From: Coriobacteriaceae bacterium
Lineage (GTDB): Bacteria; Actinomycetota; Coriobacteriia; Coriobacteriales; QAMH01
Length of the DNA stretch: 64,000 nucleotides
Reading direction: 5' to 3'
NCBI GenBank assembly: GCA_025992705.1
Contig: DAJPGJ010000001.1
Location: forward strand, 399,264 to 463,263
The translations under genes and the position numbers were made by a program. Shown piece by piece: positions 8,769-18,370 of this stretch (its first letter is position 1; every line of letters begins with the position of its first letter). The notes under the pieces were generated by a model that did not search any database, was not told where the DNA came from, and was given only the letters and a program-made list of their open reading frames with translations.

Positions 8769-9587
8769 ATGGACAAGATCATCATTGAACCTATCACCAG
8801 CATGAAGAACGCGTTTTCCGTCGCTGGCCAGAATGTCGTTATTACTGGCGGCAATCGCGGCCTGGGCCGCGGTATCGCGCAGGCGTTTGCCGAGTGCGGC
8901 GCCAACGTCGCGATTCTGTGCCGGAATGAGGCGTCTGGTAACGAGGCCGCCGAGCAGCTGCGCTTGCTCGGATCGCGCGCCATCGCCGTAAAGTGCGATG
9001 TGGGGGATTTCGATTCCGTGCTGAGGGCCAAAGAGGTCGTCGCTAGCGAGTTCGACCACATCGATACGCTCGTCAACAACGCGGGCATTGATGGCAAGCA
9101 CGGCGTCTTCGACGACGCGCGTCTCGAGGAGTTCAAGCGCGTCATGAACGTCAATCTCGATGGCGTCGCCGCCATGATCCAGGTCTTCGGACAGTGGATG
9201 ATGGACGAGGGCCGTGGCGGCGAGATCATCAACATCTCGTCGATTGGCGGCCAGGCCATCGGCGACCCGCGCTCTCATCCCATGCCTTCGTACAATGCCT
9301 CGAAGGCCGCCCTCGATCACCTCACGCGTCACCTGGCGATCGTCATGGGCGACTACGGTATCCGCGTCAACTCGATTGCGCCCGGTCCCACGCATTCCGA
9401 TCTCGATGCAGGCCTTCCGCCGTCGATTACGGAGTTCATCGACGTGACGATGCCGATGCATCGCTTTGGCGAACCGCTCGAGATTGGTGCGTTGGCGGTC
9501 TTCCTGTCATCGCCGGCTGCGGCGCAGATCACGGGCGTTGTCGCCAATCATGATGGCGGTACCATGTGCGTCGGCCTGACGTTCTAA
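8769..9587 (+). CDS. Short-chain dehydrogenase/reductase (SDR)
   Basis: 272 aa with RBS GGAGAGGA. Cofactor motif ITGGNRGLGRGIA and catalytic YNASK. Confidence 0.85.
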   Translation: MDKIIIEPITSMKNAFSVAGQNVVITGGNRGLGRGIAQAFAECGANVAILCRNEASGNEAAEQLRLLGSRAIAVKCDVGDFDSVLRAKEVVASEFDHIDTLVNNAGIDGKHGVFDDARLEEFKRVMNVNLDGVAAMIQVFGQWMMDEGRGGEIINISSIGGQAIGDPRSHPMPSYNASKAALDHLTRHLAIVMGDYGIRVNSIAPGPTHSDLDAGLPPSITEFIDVTMPMHRFGEPLEIGALAVFLSSPAAAQITGVVANHDGGTMCVGLTF

Positions 9588-9588
9588 T

Positions 9589-9749
9589 GGCAATAAGGGG
9601 ACAGACCCTCCCGCATCACCGCAGGTGGCGATAAGGGGACAGACCCCTGTTTGTCATGCGTGGCAACAAGGGGACAGACCCCTGTTTACGGACCCCTGTT
9701 TACGCCGCCCGCTTCCCGCCGCGCGTGTGAGTTGCAAGGGTCTGTCCCC
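9589..9749. repeat. Type A repeat, 3 direct copies plus 1 inverted core
   Basis: Direct copies at 9589-9608, 9627-9646 and 9662-9681. Inverted GGGTCTGTCCCC at 9738-9749. Also a 14-nt direct duplication GACCCCTGTTTACG at 9677-9704. Confidence 0.9.
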
Positions 9750-9784
9750 ATCGCGTCATCGTCGTAAAATCGAGGAGTACATAT

Positions 9785-11740
9785 ATGCCGAGTTTCAACA
9801 ATTTCCCTCACATCTTCACGCCGATTAAGATTCGCAATTTCGAGCTGAAGAATCGCCTGGTTTTCTCGCCGGTCGTCTCAGGTCATGCGGGTGTTGTCGA
9901 TGGTCAGGTTACCGAGGCGCTCGTGCAGTTTCTCGGCGCCCAGGCTCGCAGTGGCGTCGGCATGGTCACAATCGGCGCATCGCCCGTCGACCAAGGCCGT
10001 GCACGCGATTTCTTCGGAAGCCTTTCCGTTTGCAAGGACGAAGACATTCCCGGCCTGCATCGCCTCGTCGAGGAAGCACATCGCTATGGCGCAGCGATTT
10101 CGTGCGAGATCCTGCATGCGGGGCGCATCGCGCAACCCAACGCGCTCGCCGGACGCAAGGCATGGGTGCCGTGGCTCACGCCCGACATGGACCCCGAGCT
10201 GTTCGAGGAAGTTACCGAGGAGCAGATGGACGAGGTCATCGACCTCTTCTGCAAGGCGGCCGTGCGTCTGCGCGACGCGGGTTTCGACATGGTGCTCATC
10301 CACGGCGCGCATGGCAACTTCGTGAGTGCGTTCTTCTCGCCGCTCACCAATCAGCGTACCGACGAGTACGGCGGATCCTTCGAGAACCGCATGCGCTTCC
10401 CGCTCAAGCTCGTGAAGGCTGTGCGTGAGGCCGTGGGCGAGAACATGGCCATCGACTTCCGCATCAGTCAGAACGAATACGTCGAAGGCGGCACCACGCT
10501 CGAGGATGTCATCACCTTCCTCAAGGCGGCCGAGCCCTATATCGATGATGCGAATCTCTCGGGCGGCTGGATTTTCGACCCGGTCTACGTCAAGTACATG
10601 ATGCCGGGTTATCCGCAGGAGCTGTGCCTCAACATCCCGCGCACGGCCATCGTCCACGAGCAGCTCGATATTCCGGTCACCTGCGTCGGTAACATCCCCA
10701 ACATCGAGACCGCCGAGCAGATTCTTGCCGAGGGCAAGGCCGACATCGTCGCCTTCGCGCGCAATATCCTTGCCGATATGGACTTGGTGAACAAGGCGTA
10801 TCGTGGCGAGGAGGACACTATCCGCCCGTGCCTGCGCTGCATCGAGTGCGCCTCGCGGCCTGCCGTGGGCGGTGGCGTGCGCTGCTCGGTCAATCCGCAG
10901 CTTGGCCGCGAGCTTTACTATCGCGAGATACGGCCGGCACTTACCAAAAAGAAAGTGGTCGTCATCGGTGGTGGTCCGGCTGGCATGATGGCGACGCAAA
11001 CCGCCGTCAAACGCGGCCATGACGTCGTACTATTCGAGCGCGATGAAGAGTTGGGAGGCCGTCTCAAGGAAGCGTCGGTCCTCTTCTGCAAGGAGCCGTA
11101 CCACAAGCGCTATCTCGCCTGGGACAAGCGTGCAACGCTCGAGAGCGGCGCGGACATCCGGCTGGGTGTGGAAGCGACGCCGGAGCTCGTCATGGCGGAG
11201 AATCCTGACGAGGTCATCGTCGCCATTGGCGGCGAGCACATCTGCCCGCCCATCCCCGGCGCCAACGGAGACAATGTCATCACGGTGACCGAGGCCGACC
11301 TGGGTCTGGCGCCCATCGGCAAGCGCGTCGTGATCGTGGGTGGCGGCTTTTCCGCGCTCGAATGCGGTATCCAGCTCGCCTACGAAGGCCATGAGGTCAC
11401 GGCCATCGATGCGCTGCCCGAGGACAAGCTCTGGCGCGAGGTCATGAACGAGCTACGCAGCGGTCTCATCGAGCTGCGCGATCGTTACGGCGTGCAGCTC
11501 GTTGACGAGGCCATGGTGAAGGAGATTCGCGAGGGGTCCGTCGTGTATACACGTGGTGGCGAGGATTTCGAGATTCCCGCCGACACGGTTGTCATGGCAT
11601 GCGGCTTACGTCCGAACAAAGAGATCGTGCAACAGTTCGTGGAAATGATGCCGCAGGTCACGGTCGTGGGCGATGCGCGCAAGACGGGCAACATCTTCTC
11701 GGCGAACATGAGCGCCTTCGATGCGGCGGTAGAACTCTGA
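9785..11740 (+). CDS. OYE-like FMN / FAD-NAD(P) two-domain oxidoreductase, paralog of 6631-8586
   Basis: 651 aa. Motifs HGAHGNFVSAFFSPLTNQRTDEYGGSFENRMRF, CLRCIECASRPAVGGGVRCSVNP and VVVIGGGPAGMMAT. Confidence 0.85.
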   Translation: MPSFNNFPHIFTPIKIRNFELKNRLVFSPVVSGHAGVVDGQVTEALVQFLGAQARSGVGMVTIGASPVDQGRARDFFGSLSVCKDEDIPGLHRLVEEAHRYGAAISCEILHAGRIAQPNALAGRKAWVPWLTPDMDPELFEEVTEEQMDEVIDLFCKAAVRLRDAGFDMVLIHGAHGNFVSAFFSPLTNQRTDEYGGSFENRMRFPLKLVKAVREAVGENMAIDFRISQNEYVEGGTTLEDVITFLKAAEPYIDDANLSGGWIFDPVYVKYMMPGYPQELCLNIPRTAIVHEQLDIPVTCVGNIPNIETAEQILAEGKADIVAFARNILADMDLVNKAYRGEEDTIRPCLRCIECASRPAVGGGVRCSVNPQLGRELYYREIRPALTKKKVVVIGGGPAGMMATQTAVKRGHDVVLFERDEELGGRLKEASVLFCKEPYHKRYLAWDKRATLESGADIRLGVEATPELVMAENPDEVIVAIGGEHICPPIPGANGDNVITVTEADLGLAPIGKRVVIVGGGFSALECGIQLAYEGHEVTAIDALPEDKLWREVMNELRSGLIELRDRYGVQLVDEAMVKEIREGSVVYTRGGEDFEIPADTVVMACGLRPNKEIVQQFVEMMPQVTVVGDARKTGNIFSANMSAFDAAVEL

Positions 11741-11857
11741 CAAAAAGGGGACAGACCCCTAGTTGTCATTTCGAGCGCAGGCGCGAAGCGCCGGAGTCGA
11801 GAAATTCCGCTCAGCAAAAAGGGGACAGACCCCCACGGGAATGGCGGGGACAGGCCC
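11739..11857 (+). repeat. Mosaic repeat block A - B - A - degenerate A
   Basis: Core GGGGACAGACCC at 11747-11758 and 11821-11832, and GGGGACAGGCCC at 11846-11857. Type B at 11764-11806. The block begins inside the stop codon of the preceding gene. Confidence 0.9.
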
Positions 11858-12425
11858 TCAGGGTCGTCCCCGTGGCGCCCGCGCGCAAAAAGCGCTCACC
11901 TCTAGGGTCGGGTGATGTTCCGCGCGCAAAAACGGCGGGAGTCTAGGCAGGCGGCGTGGCAAATCCTAGAGAGGAGGCAGATACGCGCACCCGGCCCCCG
12001 CAAATCCTAGAGAAGCGCCAAAAACGCGCAGCGGGCGGGCATTCGCGTATGGGAAGATGGAAGACCTCATATTCCCATCTCGTATTTACACGCTGCGATA
12101 TTGCAATTTCACCTTTTCCGTCCCGGTTGAATACCATATGAATCGGAAGACGGATCCCAAGCAATTGGATATGCCCCCCAAACCCTCCTCGGATCCATAT
12201 TCCTTTCCCTCATTATCCGAGCGCCCTACCCCCCCCCTGGGCGCTCGGACCCAAACATTTCATTCACGCGCACACATTGAGTCCTCCCGCATTTGAAATG
12301 CCGGATCGTCTGCCAAGCCCTATTCCCGTTGGGAATGAAATACCCCCTGAAATGGCATTTTATGTATGCCTGGCATTCCATCTATACTCGCGCTGTTGGT
12401 CACGCACGCAACGGAGGAGAGGATT

Positions 12426-12677
12426 ATGCTTACTGTCGAATCTCACGAGTATGATGCCAGCACGGGTATCGATACCTACGTCTTTAGTCCGGGCAGCATG
12501 AAGGCCAAGGTCAAAGTCATCCAGGAGGATGGCGATCCTGAGGTTCTTCTTGGCGTTGACGGCATGGCGGTTCAGCAGGATGTTGTGGGTGAGCCCACGT
12601 GGACTGTCTGCGCTAACAAGGAGATTGTCAACATTGCCCTCGAGGAGTGGGAGAAGCGCAAGGCTGCCGAGAAATAG
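12426..12677 (+). CDS. Hypothetical small protein (83 aa)
   Basis: ATG 12426 is preceded by GGAGGAGAGG. The ORF lies in a lower-GC stretch and is followed by hairpin 12712-12745. No family recognised. Confidence 0.45.
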   Translation: MLTVESHEYDASTGIDTYVFSPGSMKAKVKVIQEDGDPEVLLGVDGMAVQQDVVGEPTWTVCANKEIVNIALEEWEKRKAAEK

Positions 12678-12711
12678 GCGTCAGCGACACCACGCATCAT
12701 AGGTTCAATGA

Positions 12712-12745
12712 GAGGGGAGGCACACTGCAAGGCGTGCCTCCCCTC
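12712..12745. terminator. Hairpin between convergent genes (GAGGGGAGGCAC-N10-GTGCCTCCCCTC)
   Basis: 12-bp perfect stem. A T-rich stretch (CTTGTGTTTG) follows on the + strand. Confidence 0.6.
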
Positions 12746-12768
12746 CTTGTGTTTGAGTGCTGGGTTTC

Positions 12769-12987
12769 CTAGTCTTGCAGCAAGGGATTGAACTCTCGTA
12801 CCTCGCCAGTCGTCTCGTCGATACGCCCCATCTTGCCGCGATGCATGTTGCTGGCATACGACGCGCCGCATGTTGGGCAGTTGCTGACGCCCGGTCGAAT
12901 CGGCTCACCACAAGCTGAGCACGTGAGCTCCATGCGCGTCGAAAGCATTCCGCACTTGTTGCATCTGCTGCATTGATAGCAGGGCAT
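12769..12987 (-). CDS. Small Cys-rich zinc-ribbon protein, paralog of 911-1213
   Basis: Sequence MPCYQCSRCNKCG...CSACGE...CPTCG. RBS GGGAGAAG precedes ATG 12987. The alternative start GTG 13008 overlaps the LysR stop. Confidence 0.55.
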   Translation of the reverse strand: MPCYQCSRCNKCGMLSTRMELTCSACGEPIRPGVSNCPTCGASYASNMHRGKMGRIDETTGEVREFNPLLQD

Positions 12988-13004
12988 CGCTTCTCCCTTT
13001 CCAA

Positions 13005-13931
13005 TCACGAACTCTCGGCAAGGGTATCCTTGCCAATAATCTCGATAGCTTCGGGAACGAGAGGGTTGCGGCTATTCTTCGAGAAGAAGACGGCAACCGG
13101 GAACGTTGCATCAGCATCGGATATGGGGATTTGCTGACAGAACGGAAGGATGCCAATGCCGACTCGCTTGATGAAGTTCTCTCCGAGGATGAGCACCTCA
13201 TCGGTGAGGCCTGCTGCCACGGTGATAAGGTCGGTGAGGCGCATCGAGTAGCAGCGTCTGATTTTTGGGGCAAAACCGTGGGCCCTACAGCGTTCTTCGA
13301 TAAAACGCCATGCTTCGGAAATATGGGATCCTTCAATCTTGATGAAAGTCTCATTTTTCAAATCATCAAGAGATATCGTTTCCTGACCCGCAAGCCTGTG
13401 ATCTTTGCTAACGACGGCAACCCACGAGAGCGTCCCTATGGGGACCGAATCGAGCATGTCATCCATGCTGCTGATTTCATAGGCATAATCAAATACGATA
13501 TCGACATCATCTTCTCGAAGGAGCTCAGACGGGAGCCTGTGCTTTGCCGGTCGCACTTCGAGGAAATTGCGTCCATGTCTTTCGCTCATGGCCACGAGCA
13601 TGTTGCTTAGTGTTTGCGAGACTAACTCCTCTTCAACGAAACCGCCCACTCTTAGTTGGGGTGGTGGAGTCGCTCGCAAGCTTTTGACCATGGCATAGAA
13701 GCCTTTTTGGCTTTCTATAATCTTGTACGCATAGGGCAACAGCTCAGTGCCGGCTCTCGTGAGGCGAAGGGCACTGCCCGATCTGTCGAAAAGCTCGATA
13801 TGAAGCTCGCGCTCGAACGAGCTGATATGTTTGCTCAAAGTGGGTTGTGACATGTTGAGCATGCGAGCCGTTTCCGTGAAATTCAGCCGCTTTGCCAACT
13901 CGGCGAACTCCTGAAGAATATCCGTGTCCAT
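13005..13931 (-). CDS. LysR-family transcriptional regulator
   Basis: 308 aa with an N-terminal wHTH (FAELAKRLNFTETARMLNMSQPTLSKHISSFERELHIELFDRSG). Divergent from the MFS gene at 14267. Confidence 0.9.
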   Translation of the reverse strand: MDTDILQEFAELAKRLNFTETARMLNMSQPTLSKHISSFERELHIELFDRSGSALRLTRAGTELLPYAYKIIESQKGFYAMVKSLRATPPPQLRVGGFVEEELVSQTLSNMLVAMSERHGRNFLEVRPAKHRLPSELLREDDVDIVFDYAYEISSMDDMLDSVPIGTLSWVAVVSKDHRLAGQETISLDDLKNETFIKIEGSHISEAWRFIEERCRAHGFAPKIRRCYSMRLTDLITVAAGLTDEVLILGENFIKRVGIGILPFCQQIPISDADATFPVAVFFSKNSRNPLVPEAIEIIGKDTLAESS

Positions 13932-14266
13932 GCCTTACCCCCCGGTAGCAACAGTCTGACGTGGTATTCAATTGCGATTCGGTGTAGGACGCCCCTGAAT
14001 CGTCCAAACAGAATCATGGAGAACGAAAGAGATGATAGGTCAGAATGAGACTATAAACGAAATAGCAAAAGTGCATATATTCAATTCCAATTATGGCATC
14101 GCCTATCAATTCTCTTGCACTTTCGGCATACCCCAGCTTTCGTTATTGAAACATCGCATTTTTAGTATGCATCGCCATGTTGTTATACCTAGCTCGGTGG
14201 TTTGGATTGAGGAGAATCGAATAGTGCCACCCACGGTGCTATTCACAATCTAGGGAGAGGTGAACT

Positions 14267-15529
14267 ATGACGGCTGCAACTGCTAACAAGGTCAATCAGC
14301 ATATTGGCAAGCTGATGGTGCCTATCATGGCGATTTATGCGCTCGGCGCTTCGCAGGGTGGTATTAACGCTGGCATTGCTACGATGGGTGCTGCATTTCC
14401 GGAGGCCGGCGCAAACATCGCCTGCGTGGTCTCAATCGTTGCCCTTGGAATGATTCCGGCGGGCGCCATCACAGGAATTGTTTCGGGTAGGTACATCAAG
14501 TACCGCACGTCCATCCTCGTCGCGATCGTTCTGTACTTGATTTCGGGTCTTCTTCCCGTTTTCATGGGAGATTCGATGGGCTTCACCGGCCTGCTTGTAT
14601 CGCGCTTCATTTTTGGCGTTGCGGTTGGCTGGTGCTATCCGCTTGCACAAGCTCTCGTCTTCAAGAGCGTTGACGATGAGCACCAGCGCGCAAAATGGCT
14701 CGGTATCGGCTGGGCTTTCGTGAATATCGGCTCGGCTCTGATGGAGCTTTTCGGAGGTTATCTGGCACTTGTCGGTTGGCAGATGTGCTTCTGGGTTTAT
14801 GCCATCGGCATCATCCCCTTCATCTTCGTTCTTCTTTTCCTGAAGGAGCCTGAGACTGACGCCCAGCAGGCTGCGGAACGCGCCGCCGCTCATGGCACGA
14901 CCGCAGGCAAGGCCCATATCCCCGCACTCGCGTTTGTCTACATGATCATGCTCACGCTCACGACCGGCTTCGCGATGCCGACGATTCTGTATTGCTCCTT
15001 CATCGTTCCCGATTCCGCTGTTGCGGGCATCACGCTTTCCGTCATGACGCTCGTTGGCGCGGTGTCCGGCTTCACCCTTGGTCCCGTGTATAAAGCCATC
15101 GGCAAGTGGACGCTTCCGGTTTCCGTCCTTGTGCTCGGCATCCTCTACTGCGTTGCCGCCGCCTTCTCGGCTGATTTCCAGATGATTCCTTATCTCATCG
15201 GCTTCCTTGCCGGTCACTGGGGCTTTGCAATCGTCATTCCGGCCACAGCGGATATGATCACCAACCTCACTCCGATCGGTGCTGCAACGCGCGCGATGGG
15301 CTGGAACACGGCTTTCCATCAGATTGGCTGCTTCATCGGCACGCCGGTTGGCGTCTTTGTCCTGGGTCTCGTAGGGAGCCAGAATCCCGTCGATTGCGTC
15401 ATGCCGTGCTCCATTGCAATTGTCGTGCTTGGCGTCATCTACTGCATCATTGCTGCCTTCACCAAGATGGAGAAATACGGCGAGAACTATGAGATTGAGG
15501 CTGAGGCGAAAGCAAATACCGAGGTCTAG
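14267..15529 (+). CDS. MFS transporter
   Basis: 420 aa, about 12 hydrophobic segments, RBS GGGAGAGG. Confidence 0.8.
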   Translation: MTAATANKVNQHIGKLMVPIMAIYALGASQGGINAGIATMGAAFPEAGANIACVVSIVALGMIPAGAITGIVSGRYIKYRTSILVAIVLYLISGLLPVFMGDSMGFTGLLVSRFIFGVAVGWCYPLAQALVFKSVDDEHQRAKWLGIGWAFVNIGSALMELFGGYLALVGWQMCFWVYAIGIIPFIFVLLFLKEPETDAQQAAERAAAHGTTAGKAHIPALAFVYMIMLTLTTGFAMPTILYCSFIVPDSAVAGITLSVMTLVGAVSGFTLGPVYKAIGKWTLPVSVLVLGILYCVAAAFSADFQMIPYLIGFLAGHWGFAIVIPATADMITNLTPIGAATRAMGWNTAFHQIGCFIGTPVGVFVLGLVGSQNPVDCVMPCSIAIVVLGVIYCIIAAFTKMEKYGENYEIEAEAKANTEV

Positions 15530-15589
15530 AGAACTCGTTCGAACACAGCCCGACATAAGCGGCTTTTATAAGCTAGCGAATTGCCAAGT

Positions 15590-15629
15590 GGACCCCCAGA
15601 CTTCATCAGGTCTGGGGGTCCGTTTTTTT
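15590..15629 (+). terminator. Rho-independent terminator
   Basis: GGACCCCCAGAC-N8-GTCTGGGGGTCC followed by T7 (15623-15629). Confidence 0.85.
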
Positions 15630-15658
15630 GAAAATCGGAGATCAGAATCAGAGAATCA

Positions 15659-15679
15659 GGGGTCTGTCCCCATCTTCCC
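15659..15679 (-). repeat. Type A repeat, single inverted copy
   Basis: The + strand reads GGGGTCTGTCCCCATCTTCCC, which is the reverse complement of GGGAAGATGGGGACAGACCCC. Confidence 0.85.
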
Positions 15680-15994
15680 ACCAGCGGCGATGAGGGCCTG
15701 TTCCCGCTTTTCATTCTTCTGCGGCATATGGCGATGCGACGGGCGAATGACCGCCACGTAAATCATCATTTTTAATATGCAATTCCCCCTTCATATACTC
15801 CATCTGTTTGACAGCTGAATGCGTCGTCAATCGTGCGTCCATGTGACACAAACCACCACCTTGTGCACGCATGTGCCGTAGGAGTCGCAGGGACTTGGCG
15901 ATCGAGCATGACATGCCACCCAAGAGGCATGTCGCGAATCGCGCATTCTGCAGTGTCGGAGTTGTTAGTTTGCACGAGAGTGAGAGGAGTGACG

Positions 15995-18370
15995 ATGTCG
16001 GAAAACTACTACGAGAGCCATAAGGGCGAGTGGCAGTGGCAGGATGGCGAATACACCGTGACCCGCACCACTACCTGGTCGGGCCCCGGCTGCCATGACG
16101 GCTGCGGCGTTCTCTACTACACCGACAAGAACGGAAAGCTGGTAAAGGTCGAGGGCGATCCCGACAATCCCTTCAACCAAGGCACGCTGTGCATGCGCTG
16201 CCTCGAGATGCCCGAGTACGTCAACAACCCCACGCGCCTCGGCCATCCGATGAAGCGTGTCGGCGAGCGCGGCGAGAACAAGTGGGAAGAGATCAGCTGG
16301 GACGAGGCCCTCGATATCATCGAGGAGAAGGTTCGTGCCATCTGGAAAGACTATGGCCCCGAGGCCATCGTCGCTCATGTCGGCACCGGTCGCAATAACA
16401 ACGATCACATTCCGTACATGACCTATTCGGCATTCGGCTCGCCCAACTTCTCGATGGGCTACCTTGCCGGTGACTCTTGCTTCTGCCCGCGTTCTGCCTC
16501 CATGGCGTCCATGAACGGCGATTTCTTTATTGCCGACATGTCTCAGCAGTTCGAGAGCCGCTATGACGAGGAGAACACCGAGTGGCGTTGCCCCGAGGTC
16601 ATCGTGAACTGGGGCTGCAATGCTGTCGTTTCCAACTCGGATAACTTCTTCGGCCATTGGATCGTCGACTGCATGCAGCGCGGTGCCAAGATGATCACCG
16701 TCGATCCGGCTCTCACCTGGCTCGCGGCGCGTTCCGAGGTTTGGCTCCGCGTGCGTCCCGGTACCGATGCCGCCCTGGCCATGGCCATGATCCACGTCAT
16801 CGCCAAGGAGAACCTCTACGATCACGACTTCGTCGAGAAGTGGTGCTACGGTTTTGATGAGCTCGTTGAGCGTTGCGAGGAGTGGACACCCGAAAAGGCC
16901 GCCGAGGTTTGCTGGGTCGAACCCGAGAAAATCGTTGCTGCTGCCCGCCTATATGCGCAGGCAAAGCCCGCCACCATCCAGTGGGGCCTCAAGGTCGATC
17001 AGACCACGAACGCCACCGCGACCGCAAACGCCATCAACGCCCTGTGGTCCATTACGGGCAACGTCGACATCCCTGGCGGCAACATCATCATCCGCAACGC
17101 CTACCAGCAGAACCTGTCCTACGGTTATAGCTATCGTGACCTCACCCCCGAGGTCCAGGCCAAGCGCCTCGGTTCCGAGTTCCCGCTCATGAGCCGCGCT
17201 GGCTATAGCTCCTCGGCCCATGCGGACTCCGTTCTCAAGACAATCGAGACCGCCGATCCGTATCCCATTCGCATGGTGTGGATGACCTCCACCAATCCCA
17301 TCGCCAACATGGGTGCCGATGCTCCGCGTCTGTATCGTGCTCTGCGTAGCGTCGATTTCGTTGTCGTGAACGACTTGTTCATGACGCCCACCGCGGTCGC
17401 ATTCGCCGATCTCGTCTTGCCTGCGGCCATGAGCCCCGAGCGCAATTCCCAGCGTTGCTGGTGGGTGCCTCATCGCACCATGGTCAAGGTCACGCAGCAC
17501 GAGGAATGCGTGGGCGATGATGAGCTGGCTCTGATGGTCGGCAAGCGTCTGCATCCGGAGAACTTCCCCTGGAAAGATGGTGTCGAGTGGATTGATCACA
17601 TCCTCCAGTACGAGACCGATGACAAGCTTCCGTACAAGACGCTCGAAGAGGGCAAGAAGCAGGTTTGGTCCTATCCGGACTTCGAGTACCGCAAGTACGA
17701 GAAGGGCCTTCTGCGCTTCGATGGCGGCCCCGGTTTCAACACCCCGACTGGGCGCATCGAGCTCTACAACACCAACATGATGCTGTGGGGTTACGACGCG
17801 TTGCCTGAGTTCAAGGAGCCCAGCTGCTCGCCGTACGAATCCCCCGAGCTCTACGAGAAGTACCCGTTCGTGCTCACGACAGGCGCCCGCTCCTATGAGT
17901 TCTTCCACTCCGAGCATCGCCAGGCCGGTACGACATCGCGTGAGATGCATCCGAATCCCATGTTCGAGATGAACCCCAAGGCCGCGAAGAATCTCGGAAT
18001 CGAGGAAGGCGATTGGTGCTGGCTCGAAAACCAGCGTGGCCGCTGCCGCCAGAAGCTGCGTTTCAACCCGTCGCTCGACGAGCGTGTGGTCCGCGCCGAG
18101 CACGGCTGGTGGTTCCCCGAGACCGAGGGCGCCGAGCCCAACCTGTTTGGCGTGTTCGACTCCAACATCAACAACCTGACGCCGCAGTGCGAGAACGGCG
18201 ACACGGGATTCGGTGCCCCGTATGCCAACCAGCTTTGCAAGGTCTACAAGTGCACCGAGGAGAACAGCAAGGTCATGCCGAGCTACCACGTGACGATGGA
18301 GGACGGCTACTCGAAGGACATCGACGAGTCCAACGGTGACGTGAAGGTGGGGAAAACTTATGAGCGCTAA
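15995..18370 (+). CDS. Molybdopterin (bis-MGD) oxidoreductase catalytic subunit, no signal peptide (paralog 3 of 4)
   Basis: 791 aa from ATG 15995 with RBS GAGAGGAG. FeS motif TWSGPGCHDGCG...CMRC. No RR motif. The stop overlaps the start of the ferredoxin gene. Confidence 0.85.
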   Translation: MSENYYESHKGEWQWQDGEYTVTRTTTWSGPGCHDGCGVLYYTDKNGKLVKVEGDPDNPFNQGTLCMRCLEMPEYVNNPTRLGHPMKRVGERGENKWEEISWDEALDIIEEKVRAIWKDYGPEAIVAHVGTGRNNNDHIPYMTYSAFGSPNFSMGYLAGDSCFCPRSASMASMNGDFFIADMSQQFESRYDEENTEWRCPEVIVNWGCNAVVSNSDNFFGHWIVDCMQRGAKMITVDPALTWLAARSEVWLRVRPGTDAALAMAMIHVIAKENLYDHDFVEKWCYGFDELVERCEEWTPEKAAEVCWVEPEKIVAAARLYAQAKPATIQWGLKVDQTTNATATANAINALWSITGNVDIPGGNIIIRNAYQQNLSYGYSYRDLTPEVQAKRLGSEFPLMSRAGYSSSAHADSVLKTIETADPYPIRMVWMTSTNPIANMGADAPRLYRALRSVDFVVVNDLFMTPTAVAFADLVLPAAMSPERNSQRCWWVPHRTMVKVTQHEECVGDDELALMVGKRLHPENFPWKDGVEWIDHILQYETDDKLPYKTLEEGKKQVWSYPDFEYRKYEKGLLRFDGGPGFNTPTGRIELYNTNMMLWGYDALPEFKEPSCSPYESPELYEKYPFVLTTGARSYEFFHSEHRQAGTTSREMHPNPMFEMNPKAAKNLGIEEGDWCWLENQRGRCRQKLRFNPSLDERVVRAEHGWWFPETEGAEPNLFGVFDSNINNLTPQCENGDTGFGAPYANQLCKVYKCTEENSKVMPSYHVTMEDGYSKDIDESNGDVKVGKTYER

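Noticed and set aside
6631-11740. An equol (daidzein-to-equol) gene cluster
   Set aside because: A daidzein-reductase-like architecture and an SDR are present. There is no tetrahydrodaidzein-reductase-type flavoprotein or racemase gene, and identity to the characterised enzymes cannot be assessed here.
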